64,000 nucleotides of DNA. Origin: Vulcanimicrobiota bacterium. Its GTDB lineage: Bacteria > Vulcanimicrobiota > Vulcanimicrobiia > Vulcanimicrobiales > Vulcanimicrobiaceae. Shown piece after piece: positions 1 through 10,031 of this stretch (positions are counted from its first letter, which is position 1; each line of letters starts with the position of its first letter). The translations under genes and the position numbers were made by a program. The notes under the pieces are model-generated. The model ran no database searches and had not been told where the DNA came from. It saw only the letters and a list, made by a program, of their open reading frames with translations. Location of the stretch: NCBI GenBank assembly GCA_963820825.1, contig CAWGBN010000007.1, positions 288,001 to 352,000 of the forward strand, read 5' to 3'.

Positions 1-251
1 CGACCAACGATCCGCGCTTCGGCGCAGGACAGCGCATCGACGATGCGACGTACGCAGCGGTCGACGGCGACGAGCGCGGCGTGGCGCACGCGTACTTCGA
101 TCGAAGGCAGGTTCTCGCGATGCTCGAACCGCTGCTCGACGTGGAGTCGCTCGAAACCAGCGGCGTGGACGACATTGCCGGATCGTGGGCGCATCGGGAG
201 CGTCCGCTTGCCGGCGCCGCGCACTGGTTTGCAGTCGCCCGCCGGCGGTGA
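1..251 (+). CDS. 3' end of a hypothetical protein, possibly a class I SAM-dependent methyltransferase (truncated by window edge)
   Basis: Frame +3 open from the edge: TNDPRFGAGQRIDD...HAYFD...HWFAVARRR*; TGA overlaps the next GTG (GTGA at 248-251). Confidence 0.55.
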   Translation, partial: TNDPRFGAGQRIDDATYAAVDGDERGVAHAYFDRRQVLAMLEPLLDVESLETSGVDDIAGSWAHRERPLAGAAHWFAVARRR

Positions 252-1825
252 AACGAGCGGCTCTGATCGGGCTGTTCGTCGCGAGCGGCCTCGTCGCGTG
301 TACCCCGGCCGGAAGCCGCCATAACGCGAGCTCGACGCTCGTCTTCACCGGCCTCGCCGGCGAACCGGATTCGCTGAACCCGATGCTCTCGAACGAAGCC
401 GACGAGCTCAACTTCAGCCACCTCTACATGTCGTATCTCGTCGAAAACGACGACCGCGGCAACGCGATACCCGAGATCGCATCGGGGCTACCGACCCTTG
501 CCAACGGCGGCATCTCCCCCGACCAGCGAACGGTCATCTATCACCTGCGGCCGGACGTTCGCTGGCAAGACGGCGCACTGCTGACGGCGCGCGACGTCGT
601 CTTCTCCTACCGCGAGATCGTCAATCCGCGCAACAACGTGGCGACGCGCGTCGGATATCAAGAAGTCGCTTCGATTCGGGCGATCGACGACCGCACCGTC
701 GTCGTCCGTCTGCGGCGCCGCTTCTCGCCATTCGTGCAGTATTTCTTCGGTCCGCAAGGAGTCGGCGCGATCATGCCGGAGCATCTGCTGCGGGGACGCG
801 CCGATCTCAACCACGCCGAATACAACCAGCGACCCGTCGGCTCCGGGCCGTTTCGAGTGCTGCGATGGAATCGCGGCGACAGCATTACGCTCGCCGCCAA
901 TCCGCTCTACTGGCGCGGCAAACCGCATATCGACCGGCTCGTCTACCGTATCGTTCCCGATCCCAACACGCGTCTGGAGCTGCTTCGCACCGGCGAAGCC
1001 GATTCATACTTCGACGTCGATCCGCAGCTCTTGCCGCAGCTGCAAGCGATTCCGAACGTGCGCATCGCGCTGACCCCGGTAAACGATCTGCACGTGCTGC
1101 GCTTCAATCTTGGCGATCCGGCGCTGCAAGACGTCACGGTGCGCCGAGCGATCGCGATGTCGATCGATCGCAAAAAGCTGATCGCCGCCGCGACGCACGG
1201 AAGCGGCCTCGCGGTCGACGCAGATCAGCCGAGAAACGGCTGGGCCTACGACCCCGCGACGCCGCCGATTCCATACGATCCCGAAGCGGCGAGGAAATTG
1301 TTGCAAGGCCGTACGCTCGACCTCACGCTCGCGATCGCGCCGCAGATCATCAACGGCTCTCCACTCGTCGCGGCGATTCTGCAAGAGAACCTGCGTCGAA
1401 TCGGCGTGCGCACGACGGTCAAACAGTATCCCAGCGGAATGTTCTACGCGACCCCGGCCTTAGGCGGCGTGCTAGGCGGCGGGCACTATCAGCTCGCCTA
1501 CGATGCCTGGTGGGTTCTCGGCAACGATCCGGACGATTCGTGGAATTTTGCCTGCGACGAACGTCCGCCCGTAGGACTCAACTACTCGATGTGGTGCGAC
1601 GCGCGTGCCGACACGGCAACGCGCGATGCGATGGCCACCCTCGATCGCGGACGGCGCAGAGCCGACTACGCGGCCGTGCAGCACGCAATCGCGACGCAGC
1701 TCCCCGTATTCACGCTCTGGCAAGTACGCATTCCCAATGCCTACAAAACGTATCTTCACGGCGTCGCGCCCTCACCCGCCGGCTCAACGTTTTGGAACGC
1801 TTGGAGCTGGCGAATCGACTCCTAG
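248..1825 (+). CDS. Peptide ABC transporter substrate-binding lipoprotein (OppA/DppA, SBP family 5)
   Basis: Lipobox LVAC; EPDSLNP, LRPDVRWQDG-LTARDVVFS, PVGSGPF motifs; start moved to GTG 248. Confidence 0.93.
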   Translation: MKRAALIGLFVASGLVACTPAGSRHNASSTLVFTGLAGEPDSLNPMLSNEADELNFSHLYMSYLVENDDRGNAIPEIASGLPTLANGGISPDQRTVIYHLRPDVRWQDGALLTARDVVFSYREIVNPRNNVATRVGYQEVASIRAIDDRTVVVRLRRRFSPFVQYFFGPQGVGAIMPEHLLRGRADLNHAEYNQRPVGSGPFRVLRWNRGDSITLAANPLYWRGKPHIDRLVYRIVPDPNTRLELLRTGEADSYFDVDPQLLPQLQAIPNVRIALTPVNDLHVLRFNLGDPALQDVTVRRAIAMSIDRKKLIAAATHGSGLAVDADQPRNGWAYDPATPPIPYDPEAARKLLQGRTLDLTLAIAPQIINGSPLVAAILQENLRRIGVRTTVKQYPSGMFYATPALGGVLGGGHYQLAYDAWWVLGNDPDDSWNFACDERPPVGLNYSMWCDARADTATRDAMATLDRGRRRADYAAVQHAIATQLPVFTLWQVRIPNAYKTYLHGVAPSPAGSTFWNAWSWRIDS

Positions 1826-1839
1826 AATCCTCAGAGATC

Positions 1840-1872
1840 AAAAGGGGGCCGGTAGATGCCGGGCCCCTTTTC
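1840..1872. terminator. Bidirectional intrinsic terminator
   Basis: AAAAGGGGGCC...GGCCCCCTTTT hairpin between convergent genes. Confidence 0.85.
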
Positions 1873-1894
1873 GTGCAACGCTTGCGTTATCGGC

Positions 1895-2379
1895 TCATCT
1901 GGTAGCGATACCGATCGCGCCCGAGACGCAATTGCTCGACGAGTCGCATGCCTCCACGGCGTCTTGGTACTTATACGCGTGGTTACTGCTCTTGACTCGC
2001 CTCTTTTCGCTGATCGTGAAGGTCGTCGGATTGCCCGGGTTGGGCGAAGCGCTGCTCAAGATCGCCCTGACAACCTTGCCGGTCTTCACGACCTGCACTT
2101 GGCTGGACCATGTCCACTCGCCCGGAGCCGGGCAATAGCTGTACTGGACGCAAATCCCGACCTTGCGGTGGGACGTCCTGGAGATGCTTACGCAGGTGAT
2201 GAACTGCGATGGACACGACGCGTCGGGACGCGCGCCAATCACGACGAGAAGAGGGCCGCCGGACTTGGCCATCGGCGCCGTCTGCTGCGCGCCGGGCACT
2301 GCCTGCGCACCACCATTTGAGCATGCGGAAAGCGCGATGCTCGCGGCCAGTACGGCGGTCAGTAGAAAATTGAACGCAT
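1895..2379 (-). pseudogene. Cys-rich hypothetical lipoprotein with a 1-nt frameshift near codon 5
   Basis: AAGGAG RBS then ATG CGT TCA ATT TTC TAC TGA; one more T in the T-run gives MRSIFLLTAVLAASIALSAC in frame with ORF 1895..2299. Confidence 0.7.
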
Positions 2380-2527
2380 GGTCAAAACTCCTTAATAGCT
2401 ATCCCTGATTTGATAAAGGTAGCAGACGGCCGTGCCGCTGGCGGACGAGCCGCGGGCGCTTACTCCCGACCCTTGACTAAACCAGGTTGCCGATACCGGC
2501 TCCGGCTCGTAGCTGGCCCAAGCTTGC

Positions 2528-3316
2528 TCACTCTCTGACTGTCGTTATCAAATCTTGCATCGGGCTTGAGGCGGCGGCGTAAAGGCGCTTCTCCATGCGC
2601 CCGGCGAGATAGGCTTCTCTTCCGGCGATTACCGCATACCTCATCGCCGCGGCCATGCGCACGGGATGGCGTGCGCGCGCGATCCCGGTGTTCATCAGCA
2701 GCGCGTCGACTCCGAGCTCCATCGCGATCGCCGCATCCGAGGCGGTTCCGACCCCGGCATCGACGATCACGGGTACCTTCGCGCGCTCCTTGATGATTCG
2801 AATCGAATAGGGATTGCAGACGCCGAGCCCGCTGCCGATCGGTGCGGCGAGCGGCATCACCGCCGCGCAGCCGAGCTCTTCGAGCTGACGGCACGCAATC
2901 GGATCGTCGCCGATGTAGGGCAGCACGGTGAAACCATCCTTGACGAGCTGTTCGGCTGCGACGAGCGTCTCGCGCGTCTCGGGGTGAAGCGTCTCGGTAT
3001 CGCCGATCACCTCGAGCTTGACGAGATCGGTCTCCAGCAGTTCGCGCGCGAGCTGCGCCGTAAGGACCGCCTCTTTCGCGTTGTAGCATCCCGCGGTGTT
3101 CGGAAGAATCGTGTATCGCGTCCGATCGATATAATCGAGCAGCGTCCTGCCTTCGGCATTGTCGAGATTGATGCGCCGGATCGCAACGGTGACCATCGCC
3201 GCGCCGCTTGCTTCGTGCGCAGCGCGCATGACCTCCATCGATGGGTACTTACCGGTTCCGACGATGAGTCGCGAGTCGAACTCATACGCGCCGATTCTCA
3301 GACGATCGTCGCTCAC
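2528..3316 (-). CDS. thiG: Thiazole synthase
   Basis: [47 protein letters not shown] motifs. Confidence 0.97.
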   Translation of the reverse strand: MSDDRLRIGAYEFDSRLIVGTGKYPSMEVMRAAHEASGAAMVTVAIRRINLDNAEGRTLLDYIDRTRYTILPNTAGCYNAKEAVLTAQLARELLETDLVKLEVIGDTETLHPETRETLVAAEQLVKDGFTVLPYIGDDPIACRQLEELGCAAVMPLAAPIGSGLGVCNPYSIRIIKERAKVPVIVDAGVGTASDAAIAMELGVDALLMNTGIARARHPVRMAAAMRYAVIAGREAYLAGRMEKRLYAAASSPMQDLITTVRE

Positions 3317-3324
3317 GTTGACGT

Positions 3325-3525
3325 CTATCCCCCCGCAACCGCTTCGATGATCTCGATCCGGTCGCCCTCGCGCACCGGACGGAGGTCGTACTCGTTTCGC
3401 CGCACGACCGCGTCGTTCTGCGCGACCGCGACGCCGTCGCGCGCCGAGCCGAGCAACTCGAGCAGCGCCCCGACGCTCAGCTCGTCGGGAAGATCGCGCG
3501 GATGACCGTTGACGGTTGCTTTCAC
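3325..3525 (-). CDS. thiS: Sulfur carrier protein ThiS
   Basis: 66 aa MKATVNG...[13 protein letters not shown] with C-terminal GG, between thiO and thiG. Confidence 0.93.
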   Translation of the reverse strand: MKATVNGHPRDLPDELSVGALLELLGSARDGVAVAQNDAVVRRNEYDLRPVREGDRIEIIEAVAGG

Positions 3526-4667
3526 GCGTGGGTGATTCGTTCTGGAGGTGTCGCTTCCGTGCCGAAGCGACCGATCGAAAAGGCTTCCAGGCCCGCGCTC
3601 CTCCCGGTCTCGATCACGTCGGCGATCGACCGCGCGGTCGCCGGCGCGAGCAAGATCCCATTCCGGTAGTGACCCGTTGCCAGGATCAGGCCGTCGATTG
3701 CGGTCGTTCCCAGATATGGCAAGCCGTCGGGCGTCGCGGGGCGCAGGCCTGCCCAGCTCTCGGTGACCGAAAAGCTCGCCAGCGCGGGTGCCGCCGCGAG
3801 CGTGGCGTGGAGCAGCCCGTGAATCCCCTCGGCAGTGACGCGCTCGTCGAATCCCGCCGATTCGACGGTCGCGCCGACGAGCAGCCGCCCGTCCTCGCGC
3901 GGCACGAGGTATGCGCCGGGAACCCAGGTTGCGCGCCGCACGAAACCGGCCGGCACCGCGAGCGCAATCATCTGCCCCTTGATCGGTTCGACGCGCGGCA
4001 CGCAGCTGGGCGGCACGCCGTCGAGGCGTGCGGCCCACGCGCCGCACGCGTTCACCACCACGCGCGCGCCGACGAATCCGCGATCGGTGCGCACCCCGAG
4101 AACTCGACGCGCGTCGCACTCTACCGCGATCCCGGAAGTCTGCTCGATGCGCGCGCCGCGGGCGGCACAGGCGGCCGCTAGGGCGCGTCCGAGCCGTCGA
4201 TTGTCGACGTGACCTTCGCCGCGCTTGAGCAACGCGCCGGCGAGCGCCGCGCCGAGCCACGGTTCGCCGGCGAGCGCGCTGCGCCTATCGAGCATCTCGC
4301 AATCGACGCCGCGGCCTCTCAGCGCGCGCGCGTCACGCTCCAATGCGTCGAGCCCAGCGTGATCGAAGGCCGCGTAGAGCACGCCGTCGAGCCGCAAATG
4401 GGCGTCGATTCCGCCGGCTGCAGCGACGCGCGCGACGAAGTTCGGATACTCCGTCAGCGAAGATGCGCAGAGTGCGAGCAGCGCCTCGTCCGAGATGCGC
4501 TCGGTGTACGGCGCCAGCATTCCCGCGCCGGCCCACGATGCCGCACGCGCCGGCTCGCCGCGCTCGTAGACTCGAACGCTCCCACCCCGTTCGGCCAGCT
4601 CGAAAGCGATCGCAAGGCCGATGAGCCCCGCGCCGACGACGACGACGTCGCCACTGGAGTGATGCAC
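3522..4667 (-). CDS. thiO: Glycine oxidase ThiO
   Basis: GAGLIG FAD motif, [31 protein letters not shown] overlaps the upstream TAG. Confidence 0.93.
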   Translation of the reverse strand: MHHSSGDVVVVGAGLIGLAIAFELAERGGSVRVYERGEPARAASWAGAGMLAPYTERISDEALLALCASSLTEYPNFVARVAAAGGIDAHLRLDGVLYAAFDHAGLDALERDARALRGRGVDCEMLDRRSALAGEPWLGAALAGALLKRGEGHVDNRRLGRALAAACAARGARIEQTSGIAVECDARRVLGVRTDRGFVGARVVVNACGAWAARLDGVPPSCVPRVEPIKGQMIALAVPAGFVRRATWVPGAYLVPREDGRLLVGATVESAGFDERVTAEGIHGLLHATLAAAPALASFSVTESWAGLRPATPDGLPYLGTTAIDGLILATGHYRNGILLAPATARSIADVIETGRSAGLEAFSIGRFGTEATPPERITHA

Positions 4668-6319
4668 TACATGCCTAAGTAGACCGGGCCTTCGCCTCCC
4701 TGCGGCGGAACCCACGTAATGATTTGGTACGGGTCCGCGATGTCGCACGTCTTGCAGTGCACGCAGTTGGTGAAGTTGATCTGCAGCCGCCCGGTGAACG
4801 ATTCGCCGTTCGCTTCAAACATCGGCTCGTAGACGGCTGCGGGACAGAAGTACTTGCACGGATTTCCGTATTCGACGGTGCAGCGATCGCGGCAGATGTT
4901 CGTGTCGGAGACGATGAGGTGGCAGGGTTGGTTCTCTTCGTGTATCGTGCCGCTGCTATAGACGTCGGTCAGCTTGTCGAAGGTCAGCACGTTGTCGATG
5001 CCGGCCCGCGGCGTTTGCGGCGGATCGAAGCCCATCTTCGCCATGCGCGCGTAACCCGGCTCGCCTGTGAGCTTCTCGATGAAGCCGAAGCCGGCACCGC
5101 CGGTGAGCGTCGAGAGCCCGGCGTTGATCAACCCGGCGAGCATTCCGTTGTGGAATCCTTGGTGGAAGTTCCGCGCGGTGCGCAGCTCCGCGTAGGCCCA
5201 CGACTCCTTAAAGCGCCGTTCGAACGACGAGAGCGTCGCGCCGTCGTAACGCTCCGCCTGGAGCGCTTCCCAGATCGTCTCCGCCGCGAGCATTCCCGAT
5301 TTCATTCCGAGGTGAATGCCCTTCAGCCGCATGCCGTTCAGAAAGCCCGCCGAGTCGCCGATCAGGAGCAGTCCGTCGGCATAAGCGCGCGGCATCGCAA
5401 AGAGCCCGCCCTCGGGAATCGCCTTCGCGCCGTAGCGAATCATCTTGCCGCCCTCGAGCATCCGCGCGATGACGGGGTGCGTCTTCATGCGCTGAAGCTC
5501 GTTCTGGGGATCGGTCGTCGGATTCTTATAATCCAAGCCCGTGACCATTCCAATGTCGAGAACGTTCTCGGCCATGCCGTAGATGAATCCGCCGCCGAAC
5601 GTCTCCGGAGGCAACGGAAAACCGAGCGTATGGATCACCGATCCGGCTTTGAATCGGTCGTCCGGAAGCTGCCACAGCTCCTTGACGCCGGCGGCATATA
5701 CTTGCGGCTCGCGTCCTTCGTGGAGGTTGAGGCGCGACGCCGCCTGCTTTGTCAACGTGCCGCGGGGGCCTTCGCCGAGAACGACGATCTTCGCAATGAT
5801 GTCGGCGCCCGGTTCGTAGTTCGACTTGGGCTGACCGTTGTGATCGAGCCCCTTGTCGCCGGTGCGAACGCCGATGACGCGATTCTCGTGCCAGAGCAGC
5901 TCTTGGCCCGGAAAGGCCGCAAAGACTTGCGCGGTATGCTCCTCGGCGACGTCGCCAAGCCACTTGCAGAGCTTCTGCAGCGAGGTAACGTACTTGCCGT
6001 CATTGCGTAGCGGCGGCGGCGTGAACGGCGCCTTGATCTTTCCGCGTGCGGTGAGGAACCAGAGCTGATCGCTCGTCACCGGCGACTCTACCGGCGCGCT
6101 CGTGCGCCACTCGGGGAGCAGTTCGTCGAGCGCGCGCGGATCCATGACCGCGCCGGAGATCCCGTGGTGGCCGACCTCGCCGCCCTTTTCGATAACAAGG
6201 ATCTCAAGCGCCCGGCCGGCTGCCTGCGCGAGCTGACCCAACCGAATTGCGCCGGCTAGGCTCGCCGGGCCGGCACCGACAAAGAGGACGTCGACTTCGA
6301 GGCGATCGCGTTGCGGCAT
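4667..6319 (-). CDS. Electron transfer flavoprotein-ubiquinone oxidoreductase
   Basis: VGAGPA FAD motif, KGIHLGMKSG, FCPAAVYE and NCVHCKTCDI [4Fe-4S] motif, GGEGP-Y end. Confidence 0.95.
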   Translation of the reverse strand: MPQRDRLEVDVLFVGAGPASLAGAIRLGQLAQAAGRALEILVIEKGGEVGHHGISGAVMDPRALDELLPEWRTSAPVESPVTSDQLWFLTARGKIKAPFTPPPLRNDGKYVTSLQKLCKWLGDVAEEHTAQVFAAFPGQELLWHENRVIGVRTGDKGLDHNGQPKSNYEPGADIIAKIVVLGEGPRGTLTKQAASRLNLHEGREPQVYAAGVKELWQLPDDRFKAGSVIHTLGFPLPPETFGGGFIYGMAENVLDIGMVTGLDYKNPTTDPQNELQRMKTHPVIARMLEGGKMIRYGAKAIPEGGLFAMPRAYADGLLLIGDSAGFLNGMRLKGIHLGMKSGMLAAETIWEALQAERYDGATLSSFERRFKESWAYAELRTARNFHQGFHNGMLAGLINAGLSTLTGGAGFGFIEKLTGEPGYARMAKMGFDPPQTPRAGIDNVLTFDKLTDVYSSGTIHEENQPCHLIVSDTNICRDRCTVEYGNPCKYFCPAAVYEPMFEANGESFTGRLQINFTNCVHCKTCDIADPYQIITWVPPQGGEGPVYLGM

Positions 6320-6326
6320 CTGTCGG

Positions 6327-7118
6327 CTAGTTACACGACGCGGAATCGGACTCCTCAAGGAGTGCTTCGAGGGCGGCACGCACCGCGGTCACGTGCATCG
6401 CAATACGCCGCTCCCACAGCGCCGCAAGCGGCGTCTCGAAGGTCAATGCGTGCGCAACCCCTGCTCGGGCCATCGCAAGCGAGTAGGAGAGCCCGCCGAG
6501 CAACGCGGCCTCTCGCAGCGCATCGGCAACGACGCGTCCGGGCTCACGCAGGCAGTGCGCGTCGTCGAGCGGGCCGGCCAGCCCAAAGGTCACGTCGAGC
6601 GGATCGATCGGAAATCCGCGCTCTTGCAGCCTCGCGATCACGTGCCGGCCGATCGCGCCGCCTCCGTACTCATAACAATAGAAGCCCGCGGCATCGCAAT
6701 CTTCGTGCAGATCGAGCGACAAGACCGGGCCTGCGCGGCTCGCGCTCAGCACCGCGCGCGCCTCGGGCGACCGGCCCTTTCCGTCGAACGTACGATTGAC
6801 GTCGACCCCGTCGGCGCTCGCCCGAGTTCCCGTAACGAAGCCTGTTGGGTTCGTGCAGGGCCAGATCCGATATGCCAATCGCGGGTCGAGCGCGCCGGTT
6901 TCAACCAGCTCGAGCAACGCCCAGGGTCCGGCCGGCTCGTCACCGTGTACGCCGGCCGAGAGCGCTACCGCTGGGCGCGCCACGCCGCCAAGCTCGACGC
7001 AGAGCAGGTTTCGAGCGGACGATTCGCAGGGAATCTCGCGGACGCGCAGCCCGTAGCGCGCCGGCAACGCCCTCCAGCGCCGCTCGAGTTCCCGGTAGGT
7101 CCCGTCGCTCGCGGTCAC
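6327..7118 (-). CDS. M14 family zinc carboxypeptidase / succinylglutamate desuccinylase-like
   Basis: AGVHGDE, NPTG, DVNRTF, LDLHED and TFETP motifs. Confidence 0.85.
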   Translation of the reverse strand: MTASDGTYRELERRWRALPARYGLRVREIPCESSARNLLCVELGGVARPAVALSAGVHGDEPAGPWALLELVETGALDPRLAYRIWPCTNPTGFVTGTRASADGVDVNRTFDGKGRSPEARAVLSASRAGPVLSLDLHEDCDAAGFYCYEYGGGAIGRHVIARLQERGFPIDPLDVTFGLAGPLDDAHCLREPGRVVADALREAALLGGLSYSLAMARAGVAHALTFETPLAALWERRIAMHVTAVRAALEALLEESDSASCN

Positions 7119-7132
7119 GGAACCTAAAACCC

Positions 7133-8203
7133 GTGGAGCGGAGAGTGCGTCGCACCTTCGGCAGCGACAACAACGCGCCGGTTGCGCCCGATATCCTCGA
7201 AGCGATTGCTGCGGCCAACCGCGGCGACGCCGTCGGCTACGGCGAGGATGATTGGACCGCTCGCGCGATTGCCCGTTTCAAGGAGCACTTCGGCGCTCAA
7301 AGCGAGGTCTACCTAACCTTCAACGGCACCGGCGCCAACGTCGCGGCGCTGAGCTCGGTGCTCCGTCCGTGGGAGGCGGTGCTCGCCCCCGCGAGCGCGC
7401 ATCTCCAAACCGACGAATGCGGCGCATTCGAGCGGTTCAGCGGTTCGAAGGTGATCCCGGTTCCGACCGGCGACGGTAAGCTGCGCCCCGCCGACCTCGA
7501 ACCATACCTTCACGGCGTAGGTGACGTCCATTTTCCGCAGGCGCGCGCCGTCTCGATCTCTCAAGCAACGGAGTACGGCGGGGTCTACGAGCTCGACGAG
7601 ATTCGCGAGCTCTGCACCTTCGCGCACGAGCGCAATCTGATCGTCCACGTCGACGGTGCGCGCATCGCCAATGCCGCCGTCGCGCTCGGGACGACGCTGC
7701 GCGGTGCGACCGTCGATCTCGGCGTCGACATCCTCAGCTTCGGGGGCACGAAGAACGGATTGATGCTCGGCGAGGCGATCTGCTTCTTCGATTCGCGCCT
7801 GCACGCCGGGTCCGCGCCCTTCGTCCAAAAGCAGGCGATGCAACTCGGTTCGAAGATGCGCTATCTGGCCGCGCAGTTCGAAGCGCTCCTTACCGAAGAT
7901 CGCTGGGCGCGCTACGCGTCGCATGCCAACGCGATGGCGGCGCGCCTGCACGAACGCGTGGCCTCGATTCCCGGAGTTCGCATAACCCGTCCGGTCCGCT
8001 GCAACGCCGTCTTCGCAACGCTCGACCGCGAGATGATCGAACGGATCCAGCGTGAGTTCTTCTTCTACATCTTCGACGAACGGCTGCCGGAAGTGCGCTG
8101 GATGACGCATTGGGCGACGTCGCCCGAGGACGTCGATGAATTCGCCGGCTGCGTCGCAAGGGCGGCGGGCGGTACGGCAACGAACCTATCAAGCGAGGCC
8201 TAG
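7133..8203 (+). CDS. ltaE: Low-specificity L-threonine aldolase (PLP)
   Basis: FGSDN, NGTGAN, DECGA, HVDGARIANA, SFGGTKNG; start could also be GTG 7145. Confidence 0.88.
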   Translation: MERRVRRTFGSDNNAPVAPDILEAIAAANRGDAVGYGEDDWTARAIARFKEHFGAQSEVYLTFNGTGANVAALSSVLRPWEAVLAPASAHLQTDECGAFERFSGSKVIPVPTGDGKLRPADLEPYLHGVGDVHFPQARAVSISQATEYGGVYELDEIRELCTFAHERNLIVHVDGARIANAAVALGTTLRGATVDLGVDILSFGGTKNGLMLGEAICFFDSRLHAGSAPFVQKQAMQLGSKMRYLAAQFEALLTEDRWARYASHANAMAARLHERVASIPGVRITRPVRCNAVFATLDREMIERIQREFFFYIFDERLPEVRWMTHWATSPEDVDEFAGCVARAAGGTATNLSSEA

Positions 8204-8244
8204 GACGCCTCATCGCGACTCGTTGGAGCAAAGGAGTTGTAGTT

Positions 8245-8790
8245 ATGAAATCGGTTGTTGCTGAAACCTTGAGCGACGCGCGCAAACACTGGGGCTGGTA
8301 TCTCGTCCTGGGAATCGCGCTGATTGTGATCGGTCTCTACTGTATCTGGGCCGAGGGGATTGCAACGGTGGGTTCGGTCCTCGTGCTCGGGGCGATTCTC
8401 TTCGTCGCCGGCATCTTCCAAATCATCGGCGCGTTTATGACGCGCGGGGCCGGTCATGTAATTTTGATGCTGCTGGTCGGCGCGCTCGACATCATCATCG
8501 GCCTGATGCTGATGGAGCATCCCGCGCTCGGCGCTTTGACGATCACGCTCTTCATCGCGGCGCTCTTGGTATTCGGCGGAATTTTCCGGCTTATCTCCGC
8601 CCTCTGGCTTCAGGTACCTCAATACGGCTGGATCGCACTCAGCGGCGTCGTTAGCATCATCCTGGGCATCTTGCTCTGGACGCAATGGCCGTTCTCTGCC
8701 GCGTGGTTCATCGGGTACGCGGTCGGACTGAGCTTCATCTTCGAAGGGATCGCGTTCTCGTCGCTCGCCCTGCGGCTAAAGGCGGCCTAA
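8245..8790 (+). CDS. HdeD/DUF308 family membrane protein
   Basis: AAGGAG RBS; about six hydrophobic segments, WGWYLVLGI start, WP...W-IG motif. Confidence 0.88.
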   Translation: MKSVVAETLSDARKHWGWYLVLGIALIVIGLYCIWAEGIATVGSVLVLGAILFVAGIFQIIGAFMTRGAGHVILMLLVGALDIIIGLMLMEHPALGALTITLFIAALLVFGGIFRLISALWLQVPQYGWIALSGVVSIILGILLWTQWPFSAAWFIGYAVGLSFIFEGIAFSSLALRLKAA

Positions 8791-8794
8791 CGTA

Positions 8795-10027
8795 CTAGGC
8801 GGTCCAGTCGAGCATCGCGTTCCATTCGGGTTTCGGAAAGCGCTGCTTCGACTTGATCGCCTCGACGTACTTGCGTTTACCGGCGCGGTTGCCTTTGCCG
8901 AGCATGAGGCCGCCGACGAGCCGGTCTTCCCAAAAGAAGAGCGCGCGGTACCACTTCTTCTCGCGGTCGACCTTGCGCGCAATCTCGAGATCGGCGCGCA
9001 AGTCGGTTCCGAGCCCGAACTGCGTGATCGTCTGCCCCTTGAAGAGCAGCGACGAGTATTCGGGGACGTCGTGGTAGCTCTCGCTCCCGCCCATCATGTT
9101 GAGTGCAACGACCTTGCCGTGCGCTCCGGCGTTGTTCCACGTTCCCATCCGGTAGCGGATCTCCAAGATTGGATCGTAGAAGTCTGCGACGTCGCCGGCC
9201 GCAAAGATTCCCCTGACGTTCGTCTCGAGGTGATCGTCGCAGAGGATGCCGTTCTTGCTCGTCGCGATCTCGGTACCGTCGCAGAGCTCGGTATTCATCG
9301 TTAAGCCGAAGCCGTACGCGTAGCACTCGGCCGCGATCTCCCCGGCATTGGTGCGCACCTTCGTGATCGCCCCGTTCGAACGGACGAACTCCTCGACTTC
9401 CTCACCGTAGTGCATGTGCACGCCGTCGGCCGCCGCGGCTTCGTGAAGCAGGGCGCCGGCCTCTTCGTCGATGATCCGGTGCAGGCCGCGCGGCCCGCGC
9501 ATCAGCCAGTGCGTCTCGAGCCCGCGTGAGGCGAAGGCTTCGGCGAGCTCGTACGCGATGAAAGATCCGCCGATTGCCACGCCGGCCTTGCTGCGATCGA
9601 TCTGCTCCGAGATCGCCCGCGTATCGTCGAGGTATTGAAAGGCGAAGAGGTTTGCCGCCCCCTCGGAACCGGGCTTGCCGGTCGGATTCGGCCGTCCGCC
9701 GGTTGCGATGAGCAGCGCGTCGTACGGATACGATATGCCGCCGGCTTCGACGACTCGCTCCTGCGGAACGATCCGGTCGACGCGCGTACTTAAATGGAGC
9801 GCGATGCGATGCTCTTCGTGCCACGCGAGGTTGCGAATCATCACCTTCGCTTCGGGGATCTGTTTTCGCAGCATCGGCGGCAGCGAGATCCGGTTGTAGA
9901 GCGTGTACGGTTCGTCGCCGAAGAGCGTGATCTCGCAGGCCGGGTCGTGCTTTCGCAACTGCTCGGCGGCGGTGGTTCCGGCGAAGCCGTTGCCGACGAT
10001 GACGTAACGGCGGACGTCCGTGCTCAT
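8795..10027 (-). CDS. NAD(P)/FAD-dependent oxidoreductase (ferredoxin/rubredoxin reductase-like)
   Basis: GNGFAG, YDALLIATGG, GGSFIAYE, IFAAGDVA motifs. Confidence 0.88.
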   Translation of the reverse strand: MSTDVRRYVIVGNGFAGTTAAEQLRKHDPACEITLFGDEPYTLYNRISLPPMLRKQIPEAKVMIRNLAWHEEHRIALHLSTRVDRIVPQERVVEAGGISYPYDALLIATGGRPNPTGKPGSEGAANLFAFQYLDDTRAISEQIDRSKAGVAIGGSFIAYELAEAFASRGLETHWLMRGPRGLHRIIDEEAGALLHEAAAADGVHMHYGEEVEEFVRSNGAITKVRTNAGEIAAECYAYGFGLTMNTELCDGTEIATSKNGILCDDHLETNVRGIFAAGDVADFYDPILEIRYRMGTWNNAGAHGKVVALNMMGGSESYHDVPEYSSLLFKGQTITQFGLGTDLRADLEIARKVDREKKWYRALFFWEDRLVGGLMLGKGNRAGKRKYVEAIKSKQRFPKPEWNAMLDWTA

Positions 10028-10031
10028 CGCT

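Noticed and set aside
4660..4760. TPP riboswitch before thiO
   Set aside because: The region is ETF-QO coding sequence and lacks the CTGAGA and ACCTGAT core.
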